From positions 3,584 to 67,583 of the forward strand of contig JAQBEH010000057.1 of assembly GCA_032124015.1 (NCBI GenBank): a stretch of DNA of 64,000 bases. The letters run 5' to 3'. A program made the translations under genes and the position numbers. The notes beneath the pieces are model-generated. The model was not told where the DNA came from and searched no databases. It worked only from the letters and a program-made list of their open reading frames with translations. Position 1 is the first letter of the stretch. Each line of letters begins with the position of its first letter. Below are positions 17,988 through 28,038 of this stretch, piece after piece. The stretch is from Acidobacteriota bacterium (GTDB lineage: Bacteria; Acidobacteriota; Polarisedimenticolia; Polarisedimenticolales; DASRJG01).

Positions 17988-20207
17988 TTGATACGACGTA
18001 AAGAGATTCATGTCGGAGGGAAGCCCCTCATCGTAGAAACCGGGAAAATTGCGCGGCAGGCCGACGGCGCCGTCACCGTGCGGTGCGGCGACACGGTCGT
18101 TCTCGTGACGGCCTGTGCCGCAAAGACCCCCCGGGAGGGTGTCGACTTCTTGCCGCTCACCGTCGACTACCGGGAAAACACCTATGCCGCCGGGAAGATC
18201 CCGGGCGGGTTCTTCCGCCGGGAAGGGCGCCCCAACGAGAAAGAGGTTTTGACTTCCCGTTTCATCGACCGGCCCTTGCGCCCCCTGTTCCCAACGGGCT
18301 GGGCGTGCGAAACACAGGTCATCGCACTGGTGCTTTCCGCCGACCAGGAAAACGATCCGGACATACTCGCGCTCACGGGCGCATCCTTCGCGCTGGCTGT
18401 TTCAGACATCCCGTTTCCCAATCCGATCGCGGCCGTTCGCGTGGCCCTCTCACCCGACGGCCGCTACGTCATCAACCCGACCTACGCGGAACTTGAGAAC
18501 AGTCGTTTCGACTTGATCGTGGCCGGCTCGGCCGATGCCGTCGTCATGGTCGAAGCGGGCGCCAACGAGGTTTCCGAGGCGGAAGTTCTCGAGGGGATCG
18601 GCCACGGCCACGCGGCGATCAAACAGATCGTCGCCGCGCAAAACGAACTGTCCCGAGAGATCGCGAAGACAAAGCGCACCGTGCCGCCGGCCGTTGAGCC
18701 GGAGAACGTTCGCGAGCGGATCAGCCGCGAATGGAAGGACAAGCTCGCCTCCGCGATGCGCATCAAGACCAAGCTCGAAAGCTACGCCATGGTCGACGAG
18801 TTGAAGAAGGAAATGCTCGCCGGCTTCGGTCCGGACCAGGCGGCGGAAAAGCGCTTTGCCTCCGGGCTCTGGTACGAATTGCAGGATCAGATCCTCCACG
18901 AGGAAATCCTGGAGCGGGGTGTCCGTCTGGACGGCCGCCGTTTCGACCAGATTCGCCCGATCACGTGCGAGGTCGGGGTGTTGCCGCGAACCCACGGCTC
19001 CGCGCTGTTCACGCGCGGCGAAACGCAGGCTCTCGTCACGGTGACGCTCGGCACGTCGGCCGACGCCCAGAAGCTCGATTGGATCGAAGGCGTTTCGCTG
19101 CGGCGCTTCATGCTGCACTACAATTTTCCGCCGTTTTCGGTGGGTGAAGTCAAGTTCCTCAGAGGCCCCGGCCGGCGAGAGATCGGCCACGGCGCGCTCG
19201 CGGAGCGATCGCTCCTCCCTCTGGTCCCGAACGAAGAGCAGTGGCCGTATACGATCCGCATCGTCTCGGACATCCTCGAATCGAACGGATCCTCTTCGAT
19301 GGCTTCCATCTGCGGCGGGTCGCTCGCTCTGCTCGACGCCGGCGTTCCGCAAAGGGCCCCCGTGGCGGGAATCGCCATGGGGCTCGTGATGATCGGCGAC
19401 AAGTGGGCGGTGTTGACCGACATCGCCGGCGCGGAAGACCATCACGGCGACATGGATTTCAAGGTCGCCGGCTCGGCGGCCGGCATCACGGGCCTCCAGA
19501 TGGATATCAAGATCGGCGGGATCACGCCTGAGATCATGCACAAGGCCCTGGAGCAGGCGCGCACGGCGCGTCTTGCGATCCTCGACACGATGAACGCAAC
19601 GATCTCGACGCATCGTTCCGCGATCTCTCTCTACGCTCCACGCATCATCACGATCCAAATCAACAAAGAGAAGATTCGCGACGTCATCGGTCAGGGCGGC
19701 AAGACGATTCGCTCGATCGTCGAGCGCACCGGCTGCAAGATCGAGGTGCACGACGACGGTCGCGTCGACATCGCCTCGTCCGACGAAATCGCAGCTCAGA
19801 AGGCCGTCGCGATCATCAAGGAACTCACCGCGGAAGCGGAACTCGGCCGCACCTACCTCGGCAAGGTGGTTCGCGTCGTGAATTTCGGCGCGTTCGTCGA
19901 GGTCCTTCCCGGCGTCGAAGGGTTGCTACATATCTCGGAGATCGACGAAAAGAGGATCAACGAGGTTCGCGACGTGCTCGACGAGGGCCAGGAGGTCTTG
20001 GTCAAAGTCATCGACATCGACGGCCAGGGGCGCGTGCGCCTTTCGAGAAAAGCCATCCTCCGCGAGCAGCGCGGCGAGGCCCCCGAGGAGCCGGCGGCCG
20101 TCGGCGACCGCCGGGACGGACCCGACCGTCCTCGTGGTGGCGACCGCGGGGGTCGCGGGAGCGGCGGACAGGGACCAGGTGGCGGATCCGGATCGCACTC
20201 GCGCTGA
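17988..20207 (+). CDS. pnp: Polyribonucleotide nucleotidyltransferase
   Basis: FLPLTVDY, HGSALFTRGETQ, ESNGSSSMAS, GDMDFKVAG, KH and S1 domains. Confidence 0.98.
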   Translation: MIRRKEIHVGGKPLIVETGKIARQADGAVTVRCGDTVVLVTACAAKTPREGVDFLPLTVDYRENTYAAGKIPGGFFRREGRPNEKEVLTSRFIDRPLRPLFPTGWACETQVIALVLSADQENDPDILALTGASFALAVSDIPFPNPIAAVRVALSPDGRYVINPTYAELENSRFDLIVAGSADAVVMVEAGANEVSEAEVLEGIGHGHAAIKQIVAAQNELSREIAKTKRTVPPAVEPENVRERISREWKDKLASAMRIKTKLESYAMVDELKKEMLAGFGPDQAAEKRFASGLWYELQDQILHEEILERGVRLDGRRFDQIRPITCEVGVLPRTHGSALFTRGETQALVTVTLGTSADAQKLDWIEGVSLRRFMLHYNFPPFSVGEVKFLRGPGRREIGHGALAERSLLPLVPNEEQWPYTIRIVSDILESNGSSSMASICGGSLALLDAGVPQRAPVAGIAMGLVMIGDKWAVLTDIAGAEDHHGDMDFKVAGSAAGITGLQMDIKIGGITPEIMHKALEQARTARLAILDTMNATISTHRSAISLYAPRIITIQINKEKIRDVIGQGGKTIRSIVERTGCKIEVHDDGRVDIASSDEIAAQKAVAIIKELTAEAELGRTYLGKVVRVVNFGAFVEVLPGVEGLLHISEIDEKRINEVRDVLDEGQEVLVKVIDIDGQGRVRLSRKAILREQRGEAPEEPAAVGDRRDGPDRPRGGDRGGRGSGGQGPGGGSGSHSR

Positions 20208-20228
20208 CCCGGAGCAGGCGGACATTCG

Positions 20229-21350
20229 GTGCTCGGTCGTTTAGTGGCGGAATACCTCCTCGAACGTGGGTGGATCACGTCCTCCCAGGTCGAGGAGGCT
20301 CGTCGCGCGCAGGGTTTTTTCGGCGGCCGTCTCGAGACACAACTGCTGAAGCTCGGTTACGTGAACGAGACGCTTCTCGGCGAGGCCCTCACGGAGGTCG
20401 CCGGCGTTCCGTTCGCCTCCTGGAATCGTTTGCGCGCGGCGGCGCCGGCGGCGCTCGGGGCGATACCGCTCCGGCTGATCGAACGCCACCGCGTCTGCCC
20501 GTTCCTCCTCGAAGACGGGCGCCTTAGTGTGGGCACACTTGTCCCCAGCGAACCGGTGGCGCGTCGGGAGATCGAGGCGGTGACGGGGCTCGTCATCGAG
20601 CCGTGGATCACGATCGAACCGAGGCTGTACCAGGCCCTCAACCGTCACTTCGGGTTGCGCTTTGAAAGCACGCGAGGCATCGCGCTCCCCCGGGGACCAG
20701 GCGACGGCCCCCGCGATCGCCCGCGAGGCTCCGAGGACAAAGAGGTTGGGCCAAGGCCCACGGACACCGAAGTGGGCCTCGACGGACGGCCACTCGATGC
20801 AGAGGTTTCGGTTGACGACTACCTACGCACGCAGTCGAACTCTCCTGAAGTCGTCGACACCGGCTCGCTCGATTCCCTCGATGAATCCCTCGCCTCCGCC
20901 CGCGATCGAGACGACCTGGCTGAGGCACTCTTCACATTTTGCGCGGCACGATCGAGCCGCTCGGGACTCTTCGCGGTTGGAAAAGACGCGGTACGCGGGG
21001 TTGCCGGCCGCGGACGTGCGTTTGCTGGGGATGCCCTGCGCACGCTGACGGTGCCCGCGGGCTCGGGGACGATTTTCGATACCGCTCTCTTGAGCGGCGA
21101 ATTCTATTTCGGAGTCGTCCCTGCGCTCCCCGCCAACCGGGATCTCTACACCGCTCTGGGTGGGAAACTCCCCAAGAACGTCATGCTGCTTCCCATCGTC
21201 CTGAAGGAGCGCACCGTCGCGCTGCTCTACCTCGACGGCGACGACGAAGCGCTGCCGCAGCCCGACATCCCCTTGATGCGACGCGTCGCCGTCAAGGCGG
21301 GGATCGCGTTCGAGATGCTCCTCTTGCGGAACAAGCTTCGCGAGATCTGA
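20229..21350 (+). CDS. Stand-alone MshEN/T2SSE_N-domain protein with GAF-like C-terminus
   Basis: Tandem repeats RLVAEYLLERGWITSSQVEEAR and RLETQLLKLGYV; no ATPase motifs; C-terminal LLPIVLKERTVALLYLD. Confidence 0.75.
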   Translation: MLGRLVAEYLLERGWITSSQVEEARRAQGFFGGRLETQLLKLGYVNETLLGEALTEVAGVPFASWNRLRAAAPAALGAIPLRLIERHRVCPFLLEDGRLSVGTLVPSEPVARREIEAVTGLVIEPWITIEPRLYQALNRHFGLRFESTRGIALPRGPGDGPRDRPRGSEDKEVGPRPTDTEVGLDGRPLDAEVSVDDYLRTQSNSPEVVDTGSLDSLDESLASARDRDDLAEALFTFCAARSSRSGLFAVGKDAVRGVAGRGRAFAGDALRTLTVPAGSGTIFDTALLSGEFYFGVVPALPANRDLYTALGGKLPKNVMLLPIVLKERTVALLYLDGDDEALPQPDIPLMRRVAVKAGIAFEMLLLRNKLREI

Positions 21351-21366
21351 CTCCCGCCCACGTCCG

Positions 21367-22509
21367 TTACTGCTGAAACACTTCGGCGCGATCGCCGATC
21401 CGCACTTCACGAGAGGAGTGCAAGACCTTGACTGTCGACGTCGCGCCGTCCACGGTCAGGACGACGGCCTGCCCGAGCACCAGACGGGGCAGATCTCCGT
21501 TGTCGCGGAAGAGGGTCAAGAGCGAGCCGGGACGCACTCCGGCCGTGTTTCCGAGATCGGTGTTAATGACGTTGCCTCCGGCGACGGAGATCAACTCGTC
21601 GGACCCTCCGTCGACGATCCATCCCTGCGCGAGTCCTGAGGGATCCATGCATCGGTCGACGGGCGGGATACTCGACACCATCGGACTCGGCAGGTCCTTC
21701 CACGGGACGAGCTCGTCGCCGTGGCGCATCCCTTCGCAGGAAGAAACGAGGACGGCGGTCGCTGTATTTTCCTGGGCGCACAGCACGCGCACGTGGCCCA
21801 GGCGCTGCATGTACACCCCGAGTCGCTCTTTCGTCGCCGGGTGCAGCACTTTATGATCGGGGCGCACCACCAGGTAGTCGGCCCCAGCCTCGATCCCCTG
21901 ATTCCGGCCTTGATTCAAGTAGACGATGTCTCCCGCGGCCTGTTCTATCTTCTCGCCTTCGCCCGCCTCGATCGCAAGAGTCGAGGGTTCGTGGTCGCTC
22001 TCGACCCACCCCGAGCAATAAAGATCGTGTTTGTCGGCAAGCTGCATCATCGCGGGTCGGGACGGCGCGACAGCGCCGGTTCCACGATCGTCCGGCTCGA
22101 CAGCAGCGGTTTCCGCCCCCTGGTCGCCCTCCGGCGTCTGGGCCTCCGCGGATGGGGTGGGACCCTCGGGCGGGACCACGTTCGGCTTCCCAGGCACCGC
22201 AAGCGGGTCGCCAGGGTAGATCCAGTGACTGTCGAGGATATAGCGGTTCTGATCCCAGATCTGCGGCCAGAGATGGGGGTCGCCCAGCCACTTGCCCGCA
22301 AGGTCCCAAAGCGTGTCACCGCTCTGGATGGCGTACGACTCGGCGGTCGGCTGTGGCGGGTCCCAAGGGGTCCAGTGGTCCCCGACCTGCTTCAGGTTCT
22401 TGGGAGGGCGCGTGGACGCCCCCGTCGACCCGTCCGCTGCCAGGACCAGCGGCGAAACGGCCGCGAGAGCGGTCAGTGTCAGCGCCGCAACCGTCAACGT
22501 CTTTCTCAT
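21367..22509 (-). CDS. LysM-domain protein, TsaP/FlgT-C-like
   Basis: GGAGG RBS, signal peptide, YAIQSGDTLWDLA...LWPQIWDQNRYILDSHWIYPGD, beta-rich C-terminus. Confidence 0.85.
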   Translation of the reverse strand: MRKTLTVAALTLTALAAVSPLVLAADGSTGASTRPPKNLKQVGDHWTPWDPPQPTAESYAIQSGDTLWDLAGKWLGDPHLWPQIWDQNRYILDSHWIYPGDPLAVPGKPNVVPPEGPTPSAEAQTPEGDQGAETAAVEPDDRGTGAVAPSRPAMMQLADKHDLYCSGWVESDHEPSTLAIEAGEGEKIEQAAGDIVYLNQGRNQGIEAGADYLVVRPDHKVLHPATKERLGVYMQRLGHVRVLCAQENTATAVLVSSCEGMRHGDELVPWKDLPSPMVSSIPPVDRCMDPSGLAQGWIVDGGSDELISVAGGNVINTDLGNTAGVRPGSLLTLFRDNGDLPRLVLGQAVVLTVDGATSTVKVLHSSREVRIGDRAEVFQQ

Positions 22510-22656
22510 CGGCGAGTCCTCCGCAACCACCCGGCCGGACACCCCCCCCAAGGGACTGGCGGGCTTCCAAATCCGGAGATCCAAGATAACCATGTGCGAA
22601 TATAAGCGCGGACGCCTCGATTTCAATGCCCTCATTCGCGGCGCAACGGTCAACTG

Positions 22657-23211
22657 TCAGTATTTGAAGAAATCCAGCGCTGTCCGGCCGTACTCGGCTG
22701 TTCTGGTGAGCTTAAGCCCCGGACGGCCGAGATTTAACAGGTTCCGGCTCTCGCGCTCCACGACCAGCGTTCCGTGCATCCCGAGCAATCGACCTTGGTC
22801 GATCCCATCGACCAGAGCGCACTCAGCCGTGGCGTCGTATGGGGGATCGGCGAAGATCAAGTGATACGGGCCGCCCAGCCGAGCCCGGTCTAGGACATTC
22901 TCGACCCTGCCGACGATCACGCGGGCCTCGTGCTCGAGGCCCAGCACCTCGACGCTACGCCGCAGCGCCGCCGCCGTTTTGGGGTTGGCCTCGACGAAGA
23001 CCGCCCTTCGGGCACCGCGGGAGAGAGCCTCGAAACCGAGTGCGCCGCTCCCGGCGTAGAGGTCGAGCACATCGAAACCCGTGAGATCCTGTCCGAGGAT
23101 ATTGAAGAGCGCTTCTCGCACCTTGTCCGACGTGGGACGTAGCGCGGGGTCTAGGGCCACGCCCAGGCGCCTTCCGCGCAAGCGACCGGCGACGATCCGA
23201 ATCGTTCCCAT
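22657..23211 (-). CDS. rsmD: 16S rRNA m2G966 methyltransferase
   Basis: RIVAG, RPTSDKVREALFNIL, LDLYAGSG, DPPY. Confidence 0.95.
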   Translation of the reverse strand: MGTIRIVAGRLRGRRLGVALDPALRPTSDKVREALFNILGQDLTGFDVLDLYAGSGALGFEALSRGARRAVFVEANPKTAAALRRSVEVLGLEHEARVIVGRVENVLDRARLGGPYHLIFADPPYDATAECALVDGIDQGRLLGMHGTLVVERESRNLLNLGRPGLKLTRTAEYGRTALDFFKY

Positions 23212-23228
23212 TCTGAGCGCCTACGCGA

Positions 23229-24563
23229 TCAAGTCACCGGCGCGGGGGTCGTGCCTCCTCCCGCGCGGCGGCCACCGCGACGTCCCCCCCCGCTTCCGCT
23301 GCCCGACCCGCCGCCGGATCCGCCCTGCCCGCCCGATCCACCACGCCCGCCGGATCCACCACGCCCGCCGGAACTACCGCGCCCGCCGGAACCACCGCGT
23401 CCGCCATGTCCCGTAGGGCGGTCGCCGCGCCGGGGTGCGGCGTAGGCGAAACCCTCCACGGTCTCCCGTCGAATCGCATGGCCGAGCATCTCTTCGATCT
23501 GCGCCGCGCGGGCTCCGTCGAGTTCGCAAACCAGGGTGAGAGCCTTCCCCTCGCGGTGCGCGCGCCCCGTGCGACCGATTCGGTGGACGTACTCCTCGGC
23601 GTGCATCGGTACGTCGAAATTGACGACGAGGTCGATGTCATCGATATCGAGGCCGCGAGCGGCGACATCCGTCGCGACGAGCACGTCGAACACGCCGTTT
23701 CTGAAGGCGGTCAGCGCGCGCTCGCGGTTGGCCTGCGAAAGCAAACTCGAGAGCGAGACGACTTCGTGATTCCTCGTCCGCAATCGCCTGGCCAGTTCGG
23801 AGGTCATCTCACGAGTCGCGGTGAACACGAGGCACTTCGACGGCCGGTCTCGGTCGAGCACCGTCAGGAGAAGGTCCACTTTCTGCCAGCTCGGCACCTC
23901 GAGAAAGGCGTGCTCGACGGACTCTTTGACGCGGATCACGGTGTCGATGCGCACGGTCTCGGGGTGCATCAGGTAGCGCTCAGAGAGCGTCTTGATCTCG
24001 GGTTGAAAGGTGGCCGAAAACAGCAGCGTCTGGCGGCTCATCGGAATACGCCGAACGATGGCATCGACGTCGTTGATGAACCCCATGTCGAGCATGCGGT
24101 CCGCCTCGTCCAGGACGAGGAAGCGCGCGCGACGCATCGACACCCAACCCTGTCCGAGGAAATCGAGAAGGCGCCCCGGCGTCGCCACGAGCAGGTCGCA
24201 GCCCTGGGTCAACTCGGACTTCTGTCCTCCGCTCGAGGTGCCTCCGTAGGCGAGGACCGTGCGAAGCCCTACGTGCTTGCCGAACCGTTCCGCCTCGCCG
24301 GCGACCTGGATCGCCAACTCACGCGTGGGACAGACCACCACCGCATGCGGGCCGTCGCCCTCCGCCTTGAACGCCTGCAGGATGGGGAGCAGGTAGGCGA
24401 GCGTCTTCCCGGTCCCGGTCTGCGCAACCCCCACGAGATCGTGGCCAGCCAGGATCAACGGAATCGCCTGGAGCTGAATGGGTGTAGGGCGGGTATAGCC
24501 GGCTTCGTCCAGCGCGCGCTGGAGTTCCGTGCGGAGACCGAACTGCCGGAACGAATCCGTCAT
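23229..24563 (-). CDS. DEAD-box RNA helicase with Gly/Arg-rich tail
   Basis: Q motif, AQTGTGKT, PTRELA, DEAD, SAT, ARGLD, HRIGRTGR. The start overlaps the upstream stop (ATGA). Confidence 0.95.
   Translation of the reverse strand: MTDSFRQFGLRTELQRALDEAGYTRPTPIQLQAIPLILAGHDLVGVAQTGTGKTLAYLLPILQAFKAEGDGPHAVVVCPTRELAIQVAGEAERFGKHVGLRTVLAYGGTSSGGQKSELTQGCDLLVATPGRLLDFLGQGWVSMRRARFLVLDEADRMLDMGFINDVDAIVRRIPMSRQTLLFSATFQPEIKTLSERYLMHPETVRIDTVIRVKESVEHAFLEVPSWQKVDLLLTVLDRDRPSKCLVFTATREMTSELARRLRTRNHEVVSLSSLLSQANRERALTAFRNGVFDVLVATDVAARGLDIDDIDLVVNFDVPMHAEEYVHRIGRTGRAHREGKALTLVCELDGARAAQIEEMLGHAIRRETVEGFAYAAPRRGDRPTGHGGRGGSGGRGSSGGRGGSGGRGGSGGQGGSGGGSGSGSGGGRRGGRRAGGGTTPAPVT
23290..23405 (-). repeat. 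Approximately 18-bp imperfect tandem repeats encoding GGRGGS
   Basis: Translated tail GGRGGSGGRGSSGGRGGSGGRGGSGGQGGSGG. Confidence 0.85.
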
Positions 24564-25774
24564 CCGCAAAGAGCCTGAATCTCTTCGTCTTCGAGCAGAC
24601 GGTTCGAGTCTTTTGCCGCGGCGAAGATGCGCTCCACGCGGGCCTCGGTCGCTACGACACCGCGACTCTCGAGCCAGAAGATCACGTTGGATTTCCCGCT
24701 CATCGGGCCGACCCGGATCAACTGGTGGAATCCGAAATCGCTCGCGGGCACACCGGAGTAGATCCTGTCGGCGAGCCAGGCATCACCCTTCTTGAACGCC
24801 TTGATGACGGCCGCGGCGTGGACACCCGTGGCGGTTTCGAAGGCATCCTTACCAACGACCGGGTAGTTGTCCGGCACGGGGCGCAAGAGCGCCTCCGCAG
24901 CCGCGCGACAATACGCGCCGAGCCCCGTGAGGTCGCGGTCGATCCAACCCAGGAGCTTGAGGTTGACGAGGAGCAGGTCGATTTCCGCGTTGCCGCAGCG
25001 TTCGCCGATCCCGAGCGCCGTGCCGTGCACCCGCGTCGCGCCCGCCTCGAAGGCGGCGAGGCAGTTCACGAGCCCCAGGCCTCGATCGCGATGGCCGTGC
25101 CAATCGATCCCGATGTGCGAACCGCCGGCCGCGTCGAGCACGCCGCGCACGAACCCCACGACGCGCCGCGTCCCATGGGGCGTCGCGTGCCCCGTCGTGT
25201 CCGCGACGCACACGCGCGACGCCCCTGCCCTGACGGCCTCGGTGTACAGCCTCTGAAGTGTCTCCGGCCGTGCGCGGGTCGTGTCCTCGGTGACGTACAA
25301 AACGCGCAGGCCGTTTCCGACCGCATACGCGATGGCTTCCGTCGACTGCCGGACGAGGAACTCTTCATCCCATCCTTCGGCGTACTGGCGGATCGGCGAC
25401 GATCCGATGAACAGGCACGCCTCGATCGGAACCCCGGTTTTTTGTGTGACGCGGATGATCGGGTCGATGTCCTTCACGATGGTACGCGCGGCGCAGTTGG
25501 CCTCGATCGCGAGCTTCGCCGAGGCGATCTCCCTGCAGAGCGCCTCGACGTCCGTCTCGGCCCGCGGCCCCGCTCCGGGGAGCCCGATGTTGGCTGTGTC
25601 GATCCCCAGACGGTTCATGAGGTGCAGGAGTTCCCTCTTCTTTTCGATCGGGGGGTCGGTCACGGACGGCGACTGCAAACCGTCGCGCAGGGTCTCGTCG
25701 TCGAGCATGACCTTGCTCGGACGGGGCGGCGTCCCGTGATCGCTATTCCAGTCGTGAATGAGTTCGTCTTGCAT
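24560..25774 (-). CDS. LeuA-family DRE-TIM metallolyase lacking the C-terminal regulatory domain
   Basis: DETLRDGLQ, HGHRDRG, GIGERCGNA; 404 aa. Confidence 0.85.
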   Translation of the reverse strand: MQDELIHDWNSDHGTPPRPSKVMLDDETLRDGLQSPSVTDPPIEKKRELLHLMNRLGIDTANIGLPGAGPRAETDVEALCREIASAKLAIEANCAARTIVKDIDPIIRVTQKTGVPIEACLFIGSSPIRQYAEGWDEEFLVRQSTEAIAYAVGNGLRVLYVTEDTTRARPETLQRLYTEAVRAGASRVCVADTTGHATPHGTRRVVGFVRGVLDAAGGSHIGIDWHGHRDRGLGLVNCLAAFEAGATRVHGTALGIGERCGNAEIDLLLVNLKLLGWIDRDLTGLGAYCRAAAEALLRPVPDNYPVVGKDAFETATGVHAAAVIKAFKKGDAWLADRIYSGVPASDFGFHQLIRVGPMSGKSNVIFWLESRGVVATEARVERIFAAAKDSNRLLEDEEIQALCG

Positions 25775-25868
25775 GGCAGAGCCCCTTTAAGTCACCGCAT
25801 CGTAGTCGGCGGCCCCGGGGGGCGTCAACGAAACACTTGGGACGGCGTTTTCGCGCAGCGGCTGTTCC

Positions 25869-26915
25869 CTAGAAATAACCGGCATTTTTCATCTGGTACA
25901 GGAACGCCTTCATCGTGCGGATCTCCCCCTCGGCGACGAACCGGGCATGCACGGTTTCGGTGTCACGCTGGAAGTCCGTCGGCAGCGGCGGCAGCACGAC
26001 CTCCCTCAACGCGTCGGTCGCGGAATCGTCGAGCGGATAGCATCCCGAAGGCGTCTCGATCGCTACGTCGACGACCTGGCCGGTCTTGAGAATCGTGAAG
26101 CGCACGCCGTTTCGGTGATCCAGCATCCAGTTCCGATTCTCGGCGGCCCACCTCTCGAACACGCTGGAAGTCGTCAGCAGCCGGTTGTGCCACGCCCTCC
26201 AGATGATCCCGTGAATCTGTCGGCCGTAGCTCTCCCAATCGTAGTCGCGCCCCTCGAATTCGAGGTTGCCGATGCCGAACCCCGTCGGCGGGAGGGCCGG
26301 CATTGAGACACCGCCGGTTCCCTTGCCTCCTCCTTTCGGGCCGTTTGGCGTCGAGGGACGCGGGGCTTCGATCGCCGTCTTGAACTCGCGCAGCCTGCCG
26401 AGGATGTCCTTCGGTTCAAAGTTGTTCGACCCGACTTCGGCGATGGTCGATCGGTCGGCCCCGCTTTTTTCCGGTGGAGGCGTGCCGGGGGTCGGCTCCG
26501 GACGCGGACCGCCCTGTTCGCCACCCGCCGGGTTCTTGTCCCGGCGGCCGGCCTCTTTGGGCGTCGACTCCTTCGTCGCAGTCTTCATTGCGGTGATCGT
26601 CTCGGGTGTCGGCTGCATGCGCAGCGGCTTGGCCCTCGCCGGCGGCGGCGGCCTGCGCGAAGCGATTTCGTCCTGTGGCGGCTTCGGTGTTGGCGGCAGC
26701 GGGTTGACGAACGTGATCGGAATCGGCGACTCCTTGGGGCGCGTCAATTCGGCCTCGACCTGGGATTTCTGGCGAGAACTGATGACCAGGAGAAGCGCGA
26801 CCACCAGAACGTGCAGGCTGATGGAGCCGAACACTCCGGCCGGCCCCCCATCCTCTCGACGCCGGAACGAGATCTCGAGGGGACCGAGCGCGATCGTCGT
26901 GCGGGGGGATTCCAT
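25869..26915 (-). CDS. TonB/TolA-like energy transducer
   Basis: TM segment SISLHVL, Pro/Lys-rich linker, C-terminal FTILKTGQV...SGCYPLDDSA domain. Confidence 0.85.
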   Translation of the reverse strand: MESPRTTIALGPLEISFRRREDGGPAGVFGSISLHVLVVALLLVISSRQKSQVEAELTRPKESPIPITFVNPLPPTPKPPQDEIASRRPPPPARAKPLRMQPTPETITAMKTATKESTPKEAGRRDKNPAGGEQGGPRPEPTPGTPPPEKSGADRSTIAEVGSNNFEPKDILGRLREFKTAIEAPRPSTPNGPKGGGKGTGGVSMPALPPTGFGIGNLEFEGRDYDWESYGRQIHGIIWRAWHNRLLTTSSVFERWAAENRNWMLDHRNGVRFTILKTGQVVDVAIETPSGCYPLDDSATDALREVVLPPLPTDFQRDTETVHARFVAEGEIRTMKAFLYQMKNAGYF

Positions 26916-26955
26916 GGGCCCAGCCATTGTAGGGGGATGTCCTAAACGGCGCCTT

Positions 26956-28038
26956 TCACAGGCCCGCGGCCAAACGGTGGAACTCGCGCCGCGTGGCGGT
27001 AAAAGGCTCTCGTGGGACCCGCGGGTGAACGCGATTGGTCAGCAGCGCGTAAACGCGCGGACGCGTCGCGTCGATCCACAGCGACGTGCCGGTGAATCCC
27101 CAGTGCCCGACGGCGTCGTCGGGCAATATGCCGCGGACCGAATCCGTGTCCTTTGCGCAAACGAAGCCGACCGTGCGAATCCCAGGGCCCTCCTCGACCG
27201 GCCGCAGCATCGGATCGAGGGCGCCCGTGTCGAGCCCGATCCGCGTGGGGTCGAGGATCGCGAGGGCGATCGCGGCGACGTCTTGGGCTGTGCCGAATAG
27301 TCCCGCGTGCCCGGCGATTCCGCCCAGCCCCCAGGCGTTGCCGTCGTGGACCTGGCCGCGCGGGATCTCCTCGCGGAATCGGTCGTCGCGAGCTGAGGGC
27401 CCTGCTAGAGCCCGCTCGTAGGCGCTTCCGCGCTCGGTGGCCGCGGCGTCGGCGAACGACCCGGTTCGCCCGGCGAAGCCGCAGCGGGCGAGACCCAGAG
27501 GGCCGGCGATACGCTCGGCGAACAGGCGGTCGAGCGGAGCGCCAACCGCTTTCTCCACGGCAAAGCCGAGGAGGATGTAGCCAAGATCCGAGTAGAGCGT
27601 CTCGCGCACTACGCCCTGGCGCTCGCACGAGGCGATCGCCGTCACGTACCCATCGCGCGTCGTTGCCGCCGCATACAACGCGACCCACGCGGGGAGGCCC
27701 GCGCGATGGGCCGCGACCTCACGCAGCGTTTCTGCGCCGAACGGCGACGCACCCAATTCTGGAAAGATGGCGCCCAGCGGCGTTTCAAGACTGAGCCGGC
27801 CCTCGCGATCGAGAAGCGTAGCGAGCAGGGCGGTCGCAAGCGGCTTCGTCAATGACGCCAGATCAAAGGGCGTGTCGGCGCAAAGCGGAACGAGATCCGG
27901 CTGGATCTCCGCATATCCAGCGACTCCTGCCGCGATTGGGCCTCGCGAGTCCCCGACCCACCACGCCGCGCCGGGTGTCGCTTCCCTCGGGATCTCCAAG
28001 GAGAAAAACGCGCCGAGGGGGTCGCCGGCATCCATCAC
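26956..28038 (-). CDS. Serine hydrolase (beta-lactamase-related family)
   Basis: FDLASLTK (SxxK), YSDLGYILLG, GHAGLF, GHWGFTGTSLW, LTNRVHP. Confidence 0.9.
   Translation of the reverse strand: MMDAGDPLGAFFSLEIPREATPGAAWWVGDSRGPIAAGVAGYAEIQPDLVPLCADTPFDLASLTKPLATALLATLLDREGRLSLETPLGAIFPELGASPFGAETLREVAAHRAGLPAWVALYAAATTRDGYVTAIASCERQGVVRETLYSDLGYILLGFAVEKAVGAPLDRLFAERIAGPLGLARCGFAGRTGSFADAAATERGSAYERALAGPSARDDRFREEIPRGQVHDGNAWGLGGIAGHAGLFGTAQDVAAIALAILDPTRIGLDTGALDPMLRPVEEGPGIRTVGFVCAKDTDSVRGILPDDAVGHWGFTGTSLWIDATRPRVYALLTNRVHPRVPREPFTATRREFHRLAAGL

Noticed and set aside
22510-22656. Possible c-di-AMP riboswitch before the LysM gene
   Set aside because: I could not find the ydaO consensus segments, and the leader is short.
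23290-23405. Tandem repeats as a possible CRISPR array
   Set aside because: They are in-frame coding Gly/Arg repeats with no spacers and no cas genes.
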